The position numbers were made by a program, and so were the translations under genes. From positions 434,001 to 498,000 of the forward strand of contig OZ024755.1 of the NCBI GenBank assembly GCA_964016885.1: 64,000 nt of DNA, read 5' to 3'. The notes below the pieces were generated by a model that searched no databases, was not told where the DNA came from, and saw only the letters and a program-made list of their open reading frames with translations. Positions 1 to 11,822 of this stretch are shown here, one piece after another. Positions within the stretch are counted from its first letter, which is position 1. Each line of letters starts with the position of its first letter. Source of the DNA: Eledone cirrhosa. Lineage: Eukaryota.

Positions 1-183
1 GGTAATGTCAAGCCAGACAATAAGTGGAAAGAGAAACCTATCCAACCCATGCTAACAACATATAAAGACAGATGTAAAAATGTTTATGATGATGATGAAG
101 ATCAGTCAAGGCTAATCTGTGGCTAAACAACCAACAACTTCCCAAATGCAAGAGAGTTAAATAAAGACCTTTGTTAGACATAG

Positions 184-2118
184 ATGACACTTTTCATCAT
201 AGAAACCATAAATACTGTTAAAAAGACAAAGCTTTTTCATATAACAATTGTTTTAACTGAATGTTTTTTCAAAGCAGAATCTAAAATTAGCTTTATCACT
301 TCCTACATATCACCTCTTGCTTGTTTACATAACAAACATAGCACCTTAATTGTTATACATTATGTGGCTAACTATTTCTTACATTGGCAGAAAGCCACAA
401 ATTTTGGTAGGAAGGTGTATTATTGTCATGCCTGCTAATTATTTTAACCTTCAACTAACAGGATAAAAAGCAAATTTGATGCTTGAGGAATTTAAAGCTC
501 ATATGATAGAAGAACTAAGTTAAATTGTAAAGATTTAGTCTGGCACTATTGTTTCCTCATAATCACTGCTCCCAGGTGAGTTAATGAAATAATCTAACAA
601 AAACCAAAATTAAACTTACTACTATAAAAAGTTTTAACAAATTTGTTCAAATATTTATTGAAACTGAGTAATTTCAGTTTACCCAGACACAAACACACAG
701 GATATATTTTGTTTTTTCTTTCTCTTTTCCATTCACTTTACCATGTACAGGATAGCTTTTGTTCAGAACATTGTTATTGTAGCTGGAACTCAGAATGTAT
801 GTCCATTCACATTCTGAGTTCAAATCCTGCTGAGGTTAGCTTTGCACCCCCCCCCCTCCACAGCTCTAAAATTTCTATTTGCTTTTGCTGATACTAATCC
901 ATGTTAAACTAAATACATAAATATAATAGGCAAACAAACAAATAAAAAATCATCATCATCATCATCGTTTAATGTCCATCTTCCATGCTAGATAAATAAA
1001 TAAAACAAATAGATAACTAAATAAATAAAGCTAATGTTGTTGAGTGTAAATCCAAAAAAGGTGGATTGGTTGATTGGTGGAATAGTCATAAAATATAATG
1101 TGAACCAAAAGCCAACAAAATCCTTGTGTTTAAATCCACCAGTTGCAACTCCATACCAGAAAGGATTGAAACTATTAAGTAGAACTATGGAATAAAAATG
1201 TTACAGCACCAATAATGGATAATAATCGATAATCATGAAATAAGTTGATCGTCTTAACATGAAAGTGCAATAAGATATTGCTATGAAACTGGCATAAAAT
1301 CACGTTCATCCTTCGTAGTAATCAGATATGATGTATAAGGATGGAGGGTGAGGGGGCTGAAAAGTTCATAGGCTGACTATGAAGGAGTGGTGCTAGAGAT
1401 GTGAAATCTTGCATGTATTAATTTCAACTCTTCTTATTAATAACTGCACTGTTTCTATCCAGGGACTATGTTGAAAAATAAGCCTCACTTATTTCACATT
1501 GTTCCAGTTTACTCAGCTAAAGAAATGAGTTGCAACATTACTGGTGCCAAGCTGCATCAGCCTTTGCCTTTTCTTTCAACAACATCAGGGGAAACTGCTG
1601 GTCTTCCACCAAAACACCTTAACATGGCATGTGCCTCAGAGGGCAACATTCTAGGTACAAAACCAATGGTCATTTATAACCGAAAGAGGTTATATTATAT
1701 AAGGAAATCACTTTAAATGGTTGATCATTTTCAAAATTTATTTGAAATTCATAGTCAGTAGTGTAATTCATTAGAAATATGGTAATGAAGGGGTTAAAAC
1801 TAGCCAGAACATATCAGAACATGTCAAACAAAAAAAAAAATATTTTAAGATCAAATGTTGATCTTGATTGAAGAATATTAAATGACAAGTGAAACTCTCG
1901 ATTCCATAGTGAAAGATGGTGTTTCAAACTGTGTAGGTTTACATGTAAAATTTGAAGGTGATTATTGTCAGAACGTTTATGGTATAGCTAGTCAGTATAT
2001 ACCAAAGTGTCAACAAAAGTGACAAGGATACAATTTCCCATGGTAATTAAAGGTGGAAAATGATATTGGTATTAAATTGGTTCTATTTTTATTTGGTTTC
2101 ACATTCACTTTATCTTAA
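184..2118 (+). pseudogene. Decayed, interrupted rhabdovirus-like (Mononegavirales) glycoprotein, endogenous viral unit 1
   Basis: ORF 184-438 contains TECFFKAESKISFITSYISPLACL...W, resembling the rhabdovirus G fusion-domain pattern C..FF/W.G....I.P..EC. 1030-1335 reads ANVVECKSKKGGLVDWWNSHKI*CEPKANKILVFKSTSC. 1882-2118 reads MTSETLDSIVKDGVSNCVGLHVKFEGDYCQNVYGIASQYIPKCQQK*QGYNFPW*LKVENDIGIKLVLFLFGFTFTLS (Cys-rich, then a hydrophobic TM-like end). It lies directly upstream of L-like fragments. Confidence 0.45.
1349..1565. mobile_element. Tc1/mariner-like non-autonomous remnant
   Basis: Begins GAGGGGGCTGAAAAGTTC, similar to mariner TIR starts (TACGAGGG...CTGAAAAGTTC). The other end is degenerate (...CATCAGCC). 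Confidence 0.4.
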
Positions 2119-2244
2119 GTGAAACATTAACTACTTCCATCTCTCTGAGAGATGGCAAAGGATATGGACAGGGCCTCTTCCTCCAAATCTAACAAATAAA
2201 AATACAACAACCGAAACAATATCGTTTTCATTATTAACTCTATT

Positions 2245-2434
2245 AGGACGGTGGATTGGCAGTAACGGTAGAGGGTCGGACGCCATGCTTTGACACATAG
2301 AGATATGGCCCTTGCCATTCTGAGTTCAAATCCCGCCGAGGTTAACTTTGCCTTTCATCCTTACAGGGGTCGATAAAATAAAGTACCAGTAATGTACTGG
2401 GATAATTGCTGGCCTTGTGCCAAAAGTAGAAACA
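2245..2434 (+). mobile_element. SINE (octopus-type tRNA-derived family), full copy with TSD
   Basis: B-box-like GAGTTCAAATCC plus the body GAGGTTAACTTTGCCTTTCATCC...GGGGTCGATAAAATAAAGTACCAGT...GGCCTTGTGCC. The 15-bp TSD ATTATTAACTCTATT is at 2230-2244 and 2435-2449. More than 10 related copies occur in the window. Confidence 0.9.
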
Positions 2435-3556
2435 ATTATTAACTCTATTGTTACCATATTCGTGATAGTAAAGGCATCCAGTCAGAAAAACACAGACCAA
2501 CTCACGTAATCATGGAATAGCAGACATAAAAACGATGGTGATGATAATGATATTGCCCAAATATGTTAAAATCTGTGACAATATAACAATACTGTACATA
2601 TTATAGTGAACCAAGAACTGTTTAATAATTAACTTTTACACAAATTCGAAGAAGATATAAAATTTCTCATCTCTTCTGAAACCAGATATATGTTGTAGAC
2701 GTTATACGTATGTTAACAGATCGATTATCTTCCACAGAGTTTAAAAAATCAGATATATCTTCATCATGTTTGCATAGCCATGCGAGATATTTAACTCTAT
2801 ATATTGAAGAAGCAACAAAACAGTTACGGACTACTTGTTCATTATCTATTGAAGATATGATATGAAGAGTTGATAATTTGATTTAACATCTGTTTGGGGT
2901 GTTATTATTATTATTGTTATCTCTTCTCCTTCCCCTCCATCTTATGCATGCATAAACTGCACAGCTCTGCGAGGCTTCAGCTATCATAGCCCGGAAATAT
3001 ATAGAGAGATGTCTGTAGTAATATATTATGTGAGCCATAATAGATGAAAATGGATGTGATTCGATTCCCATTGCTAACTACAATGTGTGTACCTGTATAT
3101 ACAACAGTGAAGGGGAAGGGAGAGAGGAGAAGGATGGAGAGAGAGGGGGGAGAAAGTGATATATAGAGAGAGGGAGAAATAAATCAACACAAGTAAAAGC
3201 TCTTATGATGAAGAAAGGTAAATACTTTTGTGAAAGTATGTAACTATAACGACATAAAGTTAATCTTTTTGCTGGCTATAAAGCTCCAGATCTGTTCAAC
3301 TGTTTAACTTGTATATCTTTTACATTGTTCAGATTGTGTTTCCATAGTTTTGACTAGATAAGACAACCCCCTCCTCCTCTTAATGGTAGCAGTCTATTGT
3401 AAATGACTTCTTCACAAAACCTTCAACTGGAACCCCTATACTCTACTACAACTAAGTGGTGCACACACACTCAGGGATGAGAGGAAATATGTACACACAC
3501 ACACACACACATATATATATAAATAAATAAATAAATAAATGCATACATATATACAT

Positions 3557-3590
<34 letters not shown>

Positions 3591-4505
3591 GCATACTATG
3601 TACATACACACATGCGTATATATACACATACATACAGATATATATAACTCAGAAATAGACTGGACAAATGTAAGATAAGACCAGTTTCAAGTGGAATACT
3701 CAATAATAAAAGTATCTATAAAGTAAATTGTGAAAAGTATTGAATATCAAAGTATTGTTATATGAAGTAATCCAATTCCTAATAAAATCTTAAAACTGAT
3801 TCATACAACTCAGCCAATAAACAATAAAATGGTTCTCTTTTTATTTTGTTTTTTCAGTTAGTTTAAGAAATCAGGGCAGAGCCCATAGCCCTCTCCAGTC
3901 TTTCTCTTTCTCTCTCTCTACTTAAAAATACAAGTAAAACATCACTGTAGATTCTTTCTTTTTCATTCCTTCATGTATTGGTTCTACATCCATTTCCTCT
4001 CACGATGGCACAGATTATGTAAAGCTCAACAGATCTTGCTTTCATGAGATATTAAATTACTGAGAGAGTACCAAGACATAGCACCAGTCAAAAGGTGGAC
4101 TCAGGAACTTCCTAACCACACAGCCATGCTTTTGCACATATTAATTCCTTATAGTTGGAAGTTAAATGATGATGATGATGATCCATGTGATGTTGACACA
4201 CATGAGAATGAGTAGTCAATATTGAAGTAGAGTGTAAATATTCTTAATTTATGAGTAAGAGTGATGAGTGTTGTTGCTCTGTTTTGCCTGGTGATCCTGT
4301 GAGTACACCAGTGAAAGTATATATATATAGCTTATTGGTATGTAATGTTAAGTTACTACTGGGTCACCAGTTTGAACACACAATGACTAATCAGGTCCAG
4401 CTGCCGGTATGGTATTGTACTGTAGCTGGTATTACACCCAAGTCAGTATCATTAAGAAGCAGTGTGTTGATACCTCATTCCTACTCTTTTTTTTTATTAC
4501 TATTA

Positions 4506-4562
<57 letters not shown>

Positions 4563-6501
4563 AACACAGTGAATGGAGAGAGCTAAAGACTGAAGGCAAT
4601 GCTATAGTAAAAGACAAGCATAATAACTTGCCATATAGAATCCCATTAAATCAGAATATTCAATATAACAGACTTGGACTATCAAGTACTGTACTGGAGG
4701 CATTTAGTTCAATATACATTTTAGCATAATTCTGCCAGACAACCATCTATTGCTCTCAGACAGGAACATCTACACATCCACACACACACACACACTCTCT
4801 CCGGCTCTCTTTCCACTTTCTATCAATCTGTCTGTCTCTCTCTTCATCTCTCTCTGTATCTCAATCTCTTTCAATCTCTGTCTTGCTCTCTTTCTTTCTC
4901 CCTCTTTATCTGTCTCTCTCTCTCTCAAGATCTCCATTCTTAACACTAACATTTGGTACAGCCAAAAGCAACATAATAGTCAATATACTAAATGTTAACA
5001 TCCAGACATTGTGAATGTCTAAGGAAAAGGCAATGGCTATATATATATATACACACACACACACACATATATATTATTAGAAGTCTTACAGCAATCTTCA
5101 TCTTGAAAAGAAAATATTATTAATCAACTAAATACTTCATGTGAACAGGTAATGGAAATTGTACAGAGATGTAGGAGTGTAAATGTTATTAATTGTGTGT
5201 CTGGGTGTATGTGTCTGTAAACGTGATTAATGGTATGCCTATGTGTGCCTGTGCATGCATGTGTTTGCACAGGTGTGCCTCTGCATGTATGTGTGTTTTG
5301 GATATATGTGAGTGCGCGCTTTATTTCAAGTGTGATTTTGTGTATGCACACACTATCACGTGTGAACATGTGCACATGTGTATATGTGATAACTGCATAA
5401 TTTCTGTGTATGTGAGATGTAACATTTCTGTGTCAAGCATAGTGAATAAATCAGTGCTTGATGATGTCTATGTGAGAACAAGAAAACATTACATAAGCCA
5501 TATAACACTTACAAAAAGGAGAAAGAGATACTCAAAAGAATCTCAATAGAAATAAAAGTCACAAACAGATCACATGTTTGTGTTTGCAGAAGAATGCAAC
5601 ATTTATCATTCAAGAGAAATTGAATTTTAGCAAAATACATGGAACTAGATCCACAGCACAGAGTTGGAGGAAAGAAATAAGAAGCCAAATTATAAAATTA
5701 TCCAAGGAACATTTCTATAAATTCAATTATTTATTCAAAACTAAATGGTTTATACCAGAAATCTATAGACAATACTAAATTAAAAGACACCTTTTAGTAG
5801 CTGCCTAAAGTGTTTTTATTTCCTTAATTGGAAGAAGGATCACACTGAATATACAACTTGAAAGTAGCCCTCCTCAACATCCTCTCTGAAAACAAGGACA
5901 GCTGCTTATGACAAAACTAAGCTTTTCTCTATATAAAAAGATACACATTTGATAATTAAAAAAAAGAGGGCTGTGAAGGTTGGGAAGAAATAGCAGGAAT
6001 ATGATAAATTTGCATGTCTCGAAAGAAATGATTCAAGTATGTTCTTTTGGATGTGTAAATACAATGAAGTGCAGAAGAGTTGAGAGAGAAACTGGGTATA
6101 AGAGGAAATCAGATGTGTACAGAAAAAGAAGAGAAGATTGCAGTGGTATCATGGACATTTAAGGTGTATGGATGATGATTGTTGGGCAGAAAAAATGCCA
6201 GGAGTTCCATGTAGAATGCCATGAAAGAAGATCAATAAAGATATAGATAGGAAAGAAATAGTAAAAGAAAGAAGTAGATGGATGCTGTGCTGGGAAGGAA
6301 TCCTCTAACCAATAAGAATGAGGAAATACAGGCATAAAAATGATGCTAATTACGGTGAACAATGTGAATTAGAATATAAGATAGCTACTGTTTCTCAAGC
6401 TAATGAGGGAGCTCTCATGTTGGCATTCAGCCTGTTAGAAATAGCAGCCAAATCCTTCCAGCCTCAAAATCAATCTCTACTGCTTCAAACAAAGAACCTT
6501 C

Positions 6502-6626
6502 AAAGTTAAACCGCTGTAATATACACCTCCAAAGTGAAACTGGTGTAATATTCACCTCCAAAGTGAATCTGGTGTAATATACACCTCCAAAGTGAAACCG
6601 ATATAATATTCACCGCCAAAGTGAAA
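6502..6626. repeat. 29-bp tandem repeat, ~4 copies
   Basis: Unit ~CTGGTGTAATATACACCTCCAAAGTGAAA repeated with variants. Confidence 0.9.
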
Positions 6627-7390
6627 ATATTTTAGCCTCTCATTTACATAGAATTTTTAAATTAGTGTAAATCAGCAAAATATTGACCGCAAATATAATC
6701 CTGCTAAATTATGGTATGCTTTCATCAGACAAAATACAATATATACCAGTTTTATAAATAAATTTTGACATACCCTTTCAAAATGCGACCATTACTTTTG
6801 GAAGACATCAGGGATAATATGTATAATAAAATAGATATGGTTTTATAAATATAGTTTCCATTTGTTAATATCGTATATTTACTCCAAATACTTGTCGAGT
6901 GCTTTATATCAGTTATAAAAATATTTGCTTGTTGTATCCCAACAATTTAAATAGAACTTTTGCATATATACATATATATATATATTTATATATTGAGGTA
7001 ATTTATTCTTGTGAAGAACATGAGTAAATATTTCTGAAAATAACACACTGAATATTGTTTTGATTTCAGTAGTTTCATAAACATTTAGTTTGGCAGAGTG
7101 CTTAATTTACATAATTTACTTTTTCCCTCAGAAAGGGATTATGAATACAAGGGGATTTGTGCAAGATAATTGAAGTTTTGTATGAAATGGACAGAAAAAA
7201 AAATATATATATATATTAAAAAAAAAACAGATGAGAAAGATCTCTTCATACATAGAATGTATCTAAAAATAGAAAACAATTAGGAATAAATGGAAATAGT
7301 CAATAGTATTAAGACAGAGCCAGAGTTGAAACTGATTGTCATCTGTAAACATTAGAAGATAAACAGAATCAGATGCTACTAATGTCCCAA

Positions 7391-8857
7391 GTAGCTAGAC
7401 GTCCATAGTAATGGTAGCTAGACCTCTATAGTAATAGTAGCTAGACTGCCATAGTAATAGTAGCTAGACTGCCATAGTAATAGTAGCTAGACCTCTATAG
7501 TAATAGTAGCTAGACTGCCATAGTAAAAGTAGCTAGACTGCCATAGTAATAGTAGCTAGACTGCCATAGTAATGGTAGCTAGACTGCCATAGTAATGGTA
7601 GCTAGACCTCTATAGTAATGGTAGCTAGACTGTCTAACTCCAGAGGTCTAGCTACCATTACTATGGCAGTCTAGCTACTATTACTATAGAGGTCTAGTTA
7701 CTATTACTATGGCAGTCTAGCTACTATTACTGTAGAGGTCTAGCTACCATTACTATGGCAGTCTAGCTACCATTACTGTAGAGGTCTAGCTACCATTACT
7801 ATGGCAGTCTAGATACCATTACTATAGACGTCTAGCTACCATTACTATAGACGTCTAGCTACCATTACTATGGCAGTCTAGCTACCATTACTATGGCAGT
7901 CTAGCTACCATTACTATAGACGTCTAGCTACCATTACTATGGCAGTCTAGATACCATTACTATGGCAGTCTAGCTACTATTACTATGGCAGTCTAGCTAC
8001 TATTACTATAGAGGTCTAGCTACCATTACTATGGCAGTCTAGCTACCATTACTATGGCAGTCTAGCTACTATTACTATAGACGTCTAGCTACCATTACTA
8101 TGGCAGTCTAGCTACTATTACTATAGACGTCTAGCTACCATTACTATGGCAGTCTAGCTACCATTACTATGGCAGTCTAGCTACCATTACTATGGCAGTC
8201 TAGCTACTATTACTATAGACGTCTAGCTACCATTACTATGGCAGTCTAGCTACCATTACTATGGCAGTCTAGCTACCATTACTATAGAGGTCTAGCTACC
8301 ATTACTATGGCAGTCTAGCTACTATTACTATGGCAGTCTAGCTACTATTACTATAGACGTCTAGCTACCATTACTATGGCAGTCTAGCTACCATTACTAT
8401 GGCAGTCTAGCTACCATTACTATGGCAGTCTAGCTACTATTACTATAGACGTCTAGCTACCATTACTATGGCAGTCTAGCTACCATTACTATGGCAGTCT
8501 AGCTACCATTACTATAGAGGTCTAGCTACCATTACTATGGCAGTCTAGCTACTATTACTATGGCAGTCTAGCTACCATTACTATGGCAGTCTAGCTACTG
8601 TTACTATGGCAGTCTAGCTACCATTACTATGGCAGTCTAGCTACCATTACTATGGCAGTCTAGCTACCATTACTATGGCAGTCTAGCTACCATTACTATG
8701 TCAGTCTAGCTACCATTACTATGTCAGTCTAGCTACTATTACTATGGCAGTCTAGCTACCATTACTATGACAGTCTAGCTACCATTACTATGGCAGTCTT
8801 GCCATAGTAATGGTAGCTAGACTGCCATAGTAATGGTAGCTAGACTGTCTAACTCCA
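7391..8857. repeat. 23-bp minisatellite with forward-inverted-forward organisation
   Basis: Unit GTAGCTAGACTGCCATAGTAATG is forward at 7391-7632, reverse-complement at 7643-8799 (~50 units) and forward again at 8800-8847. Both forward blocks exit through TCTAACTCCA. Confidence 0.97.
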
Positions 8858-9814
8858 TGCATGACAAAATAATCTCATATCTCTCTTGTTACTCACATTG
8901 TTACTATTCAAATATTTTCTCTTATCAGATGATTCACAACAATGTAAAAACTGTAACAGATCTTTGGTTGCAACAATCTTCTTATTGACAATGAACAAGA
9001 TAAACAAAGTAATCCCTAGCTTCACCTCTCTCTCCCTCTCTAGTTAAGCCAGTTGTTTTGTTGTATAAATCAGCCTCTTTAACACCTTGCAGCACTCTGC
9101 TCACCACTCTGAGGTGATGAGGTGGTCTGGTGATGTACAGATTCTAGGTGTGTTAGTATGAAGTATGTCTACTCAACAGGAAACATGAGATGTGGTGTGT
9201 AGAGGGCATCTTTTAATTTCAACATTTAACCCTTCTGATGCCAAACCACTTCTTTGATGCTTATAGGGTACAAAACTGCTTGTTTTAAAGGGAATGACAT
9301 GGCAGTGGTGGTGATGTTAGCAATGCTGATAATGTTGGTACTGGTGATGATGATGATGACTGTGGTGGTGATGATGTCAATGATGATGATGAATCAACAA
9401 GTAACAAACAATATGAAGTCCTTTATAATTATAGTTATGCAATAACAAACAATAAAAACAATAATGATCAAAGTAGTGTTTACCAATATCTCAAGTGATG
9501 TCATCTGAAAAGTATTGATCTCATCATTTGCCAATTTTTTCCCAATCACCCAATCACAATTTTCATTACCAATTCTTTAAGAAAAGTTCTTAATGAACTT
9601 AAACTAAACAAACTAGTTAAAATATTTTAATAAATTTGAAAAAAAAATTATAAATAAACCAAACTTTCATATTTCTTTAATGGAATCAGTGATTTGTTTT
9701 TAATTAATAATTTCTAATTTCAAAATATCAGAAACAGATCCATTAATTATTTATACAATATTAAGCCATTACAAAATATTGTACTAAGAGAAAAGTAATT
9801 ATTATTTCAACAGT

Positions 9815-9849
<35 letters not shown>

Positions 9850-9979
9850 ATTTCTGTACTCAAAATTTTGACATTCCTTATTAGCCTCACACTGATCAGT
9901 TCAGAATTTTCTGCCTCAATTCCTATAAAATTGAACATTTAATAGAATTGAACTGGACACCACAACTGAGAATGATTCT

Positions 9980-10385
9980 GTTAACTCTTCCATTACAATA
10001 TTTCTAATGAAAGACACTGCCTCTGATTTTTAAATCATTCTAAAGATTATGAAGAATTTGGAGGGATTTAGTAATATAATGTTCTCATTATTAAGTTGTT
10101 GATGTCTGTGTTGTTGTATGATGGTGAGTGTTGAGCCCCCAGGACTGAAAGAACAAACACTAAGGAGAGATGTTTTGAAAGAGGCTACCAAAACATTGAA
10201 TGCTTGTGACAAGTAAAGAAGACTAAATGATAATGATGGTGGGGATGTTTGAAACATTAGTTAAATGTTATTACATAAAATTATGATGGAAGGTTTTTAG
10301 ATTAATATAAACACTGTAAAAATAAACAGTTTTGTGTCATAGACCCAGGGGCTAGTTCTAGGTGGTTTGGTATGAAAGGATTTCA
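9980..10385. mobile_element. TTAA-type (piggyBac-like) MITE family copy
   Basis: Starts TTAACTCTTCCATTACAATATTTCTAATGAAAGACACTGCC. Related ends (TTAACCCT.../...AGGGTTAA) recur at ~1797, 11441, 34730, 41036, 59895, 60347 and 61960. Confidence 0.6.
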
Positions 10386-10791
10386 GCAATATCTGCCAGA
10401 TAACAGACTAACAACAACTGTCAAAATATGAGAACAATACAGATAAATTTCTGAAATGGGAGAAATAGAAATAGTTAGACTGACAATAGCTAAACATTGA
10501 ATCATCAGAATGAACCAAATCTATCACAGAATTCCTTATGTTCATGTCTCATTCAGTTACCACCTGAGACTGTAATCACACAAACTAATACGAAAACAGC
10601 TAGTCATACTTTGACAGCTGCATATCACTTCACACAGTTGACCAAAGCATGTCAGAATGTAGAGTAAGATCACAACTACATATCTCCTATGGCTAACCTA
10701 AACATACCAAACTGTGATGCACAACATGCCAGGAATGTAAGACTTAACTGTTAGGTCTTCTCAAAAATGACAACATAAATATTATTTACAA

Positions 10792-11418
10792 CTAGCAGCA
10801 GTACCCAGCGTTGCCTGGGTAGGTAAAATAATATCTGCTTTGATGAAAAGGTGTTGATCTTAGTGACTGCTTCTCGATGACTCATCTATGGCCACACACA
10901 GGCCATGCGGGGGAGGGTGGTGATGACCTCTATCACTGGGTAATGCGGGTGACTGACGAAGAGGCATGCTGGGGAGGGAGTTTCGAATTTGAACGAAATC
11001 GGTTGAAAAATGTGGGAGCTAGAGCCGAAAAAAGGAAATTTGAGTGTAAAAGTGGTATTTTTGAATATTTAAGCAGCTGCCACATCGTCCCTGAACAACA
11101 AATGCAAAATATAAAGCCATTACAGGATGTGCAATGATAAATTCTATTTTGCTTTAAAATTTGAATGAAATCGGTGGCAAAATGTGGGAGCTAGAGCCAA
11201 AAAGCTTATTTTTCGATACCTAAAAAAAGGTGACCCCCCTATCAATTTTTATCTGCAGAATGACCCCGGAATAAAAAACGATACGCTGATATATAGAAAA
11301 CATTCCCCGATGACTAATCCATGAGCCTGTAAAGTTTCATGAAAATCGGTTGTAAGATGTAGGCCCCTATAGGTAATATACAGACACACAGACATACTTA
11401 ATTTTATATATATACAGA
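10792..11418 (-). mobile_element. Non-autonomous Helitron
   Basis: The minus strand starts A|TCTGTATATATATAAAA...TGTCTGT and ends with the GC hairpin ACCCAGGCAACGCTGGGT followed by CTAG|T. No TSD. Confidence 0.8.
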
Positions 11419-11440
11419 TTAGAAGTCTAATGGTTGTGAT

Positions 11441-11629
11441 GTTAACCCTCTTCATACTAAACTGACTGAAATCTTCCCTCATTGTACAATTTTGTTATTT
11501 AGGTTATATTTCAAAAGCCATATTTTAATAAAGTTACTAAGTTATATTATTAAATCCCTCTCATTTTTTTTCAAAACTATTTAAAAATCATAAGTCTTTC
11601 ATTAGAAATATGTTAACGAAAGAGTTAAA
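11441..11629. mobile_element. TTAA-type MITE copy
   Basis: TTAACCCTCTTCATAC...TCTTTCATTAGAAATATGTTAACGAAAGAGTTAA; TTAA at both ends. Confidence 0.6.
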
Positions 11630-11734
11630 CAGATTTATAGAAAACATTTGTATATTGTATTATATAGGTATTAAATTGTGTAATAATTGAAACCAGTAAA
11701 GAAATAAATACACACATAAGAGAGCGTACATATA

Positions 11735-11822
11735 ATAATAATAATGAAAATATTGTGTACAGTGCTCAGGTGCACTACAACTCATCAAAAGTGTATGTAT
11801 AGTACTTAGGGTAATGTACAAC
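11735..11822 (-). mobile_element. 3' end fragment of the CR1 family present at 48.9-52.2 kb
   Basis: ATTGTGTACAGTGCTCAGGTGCACTACAACTCATCAAAAGTG closely matches the CR1 3' end at 48828 and 48958, with an (ATA)n tail. Confidence 0.85.
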
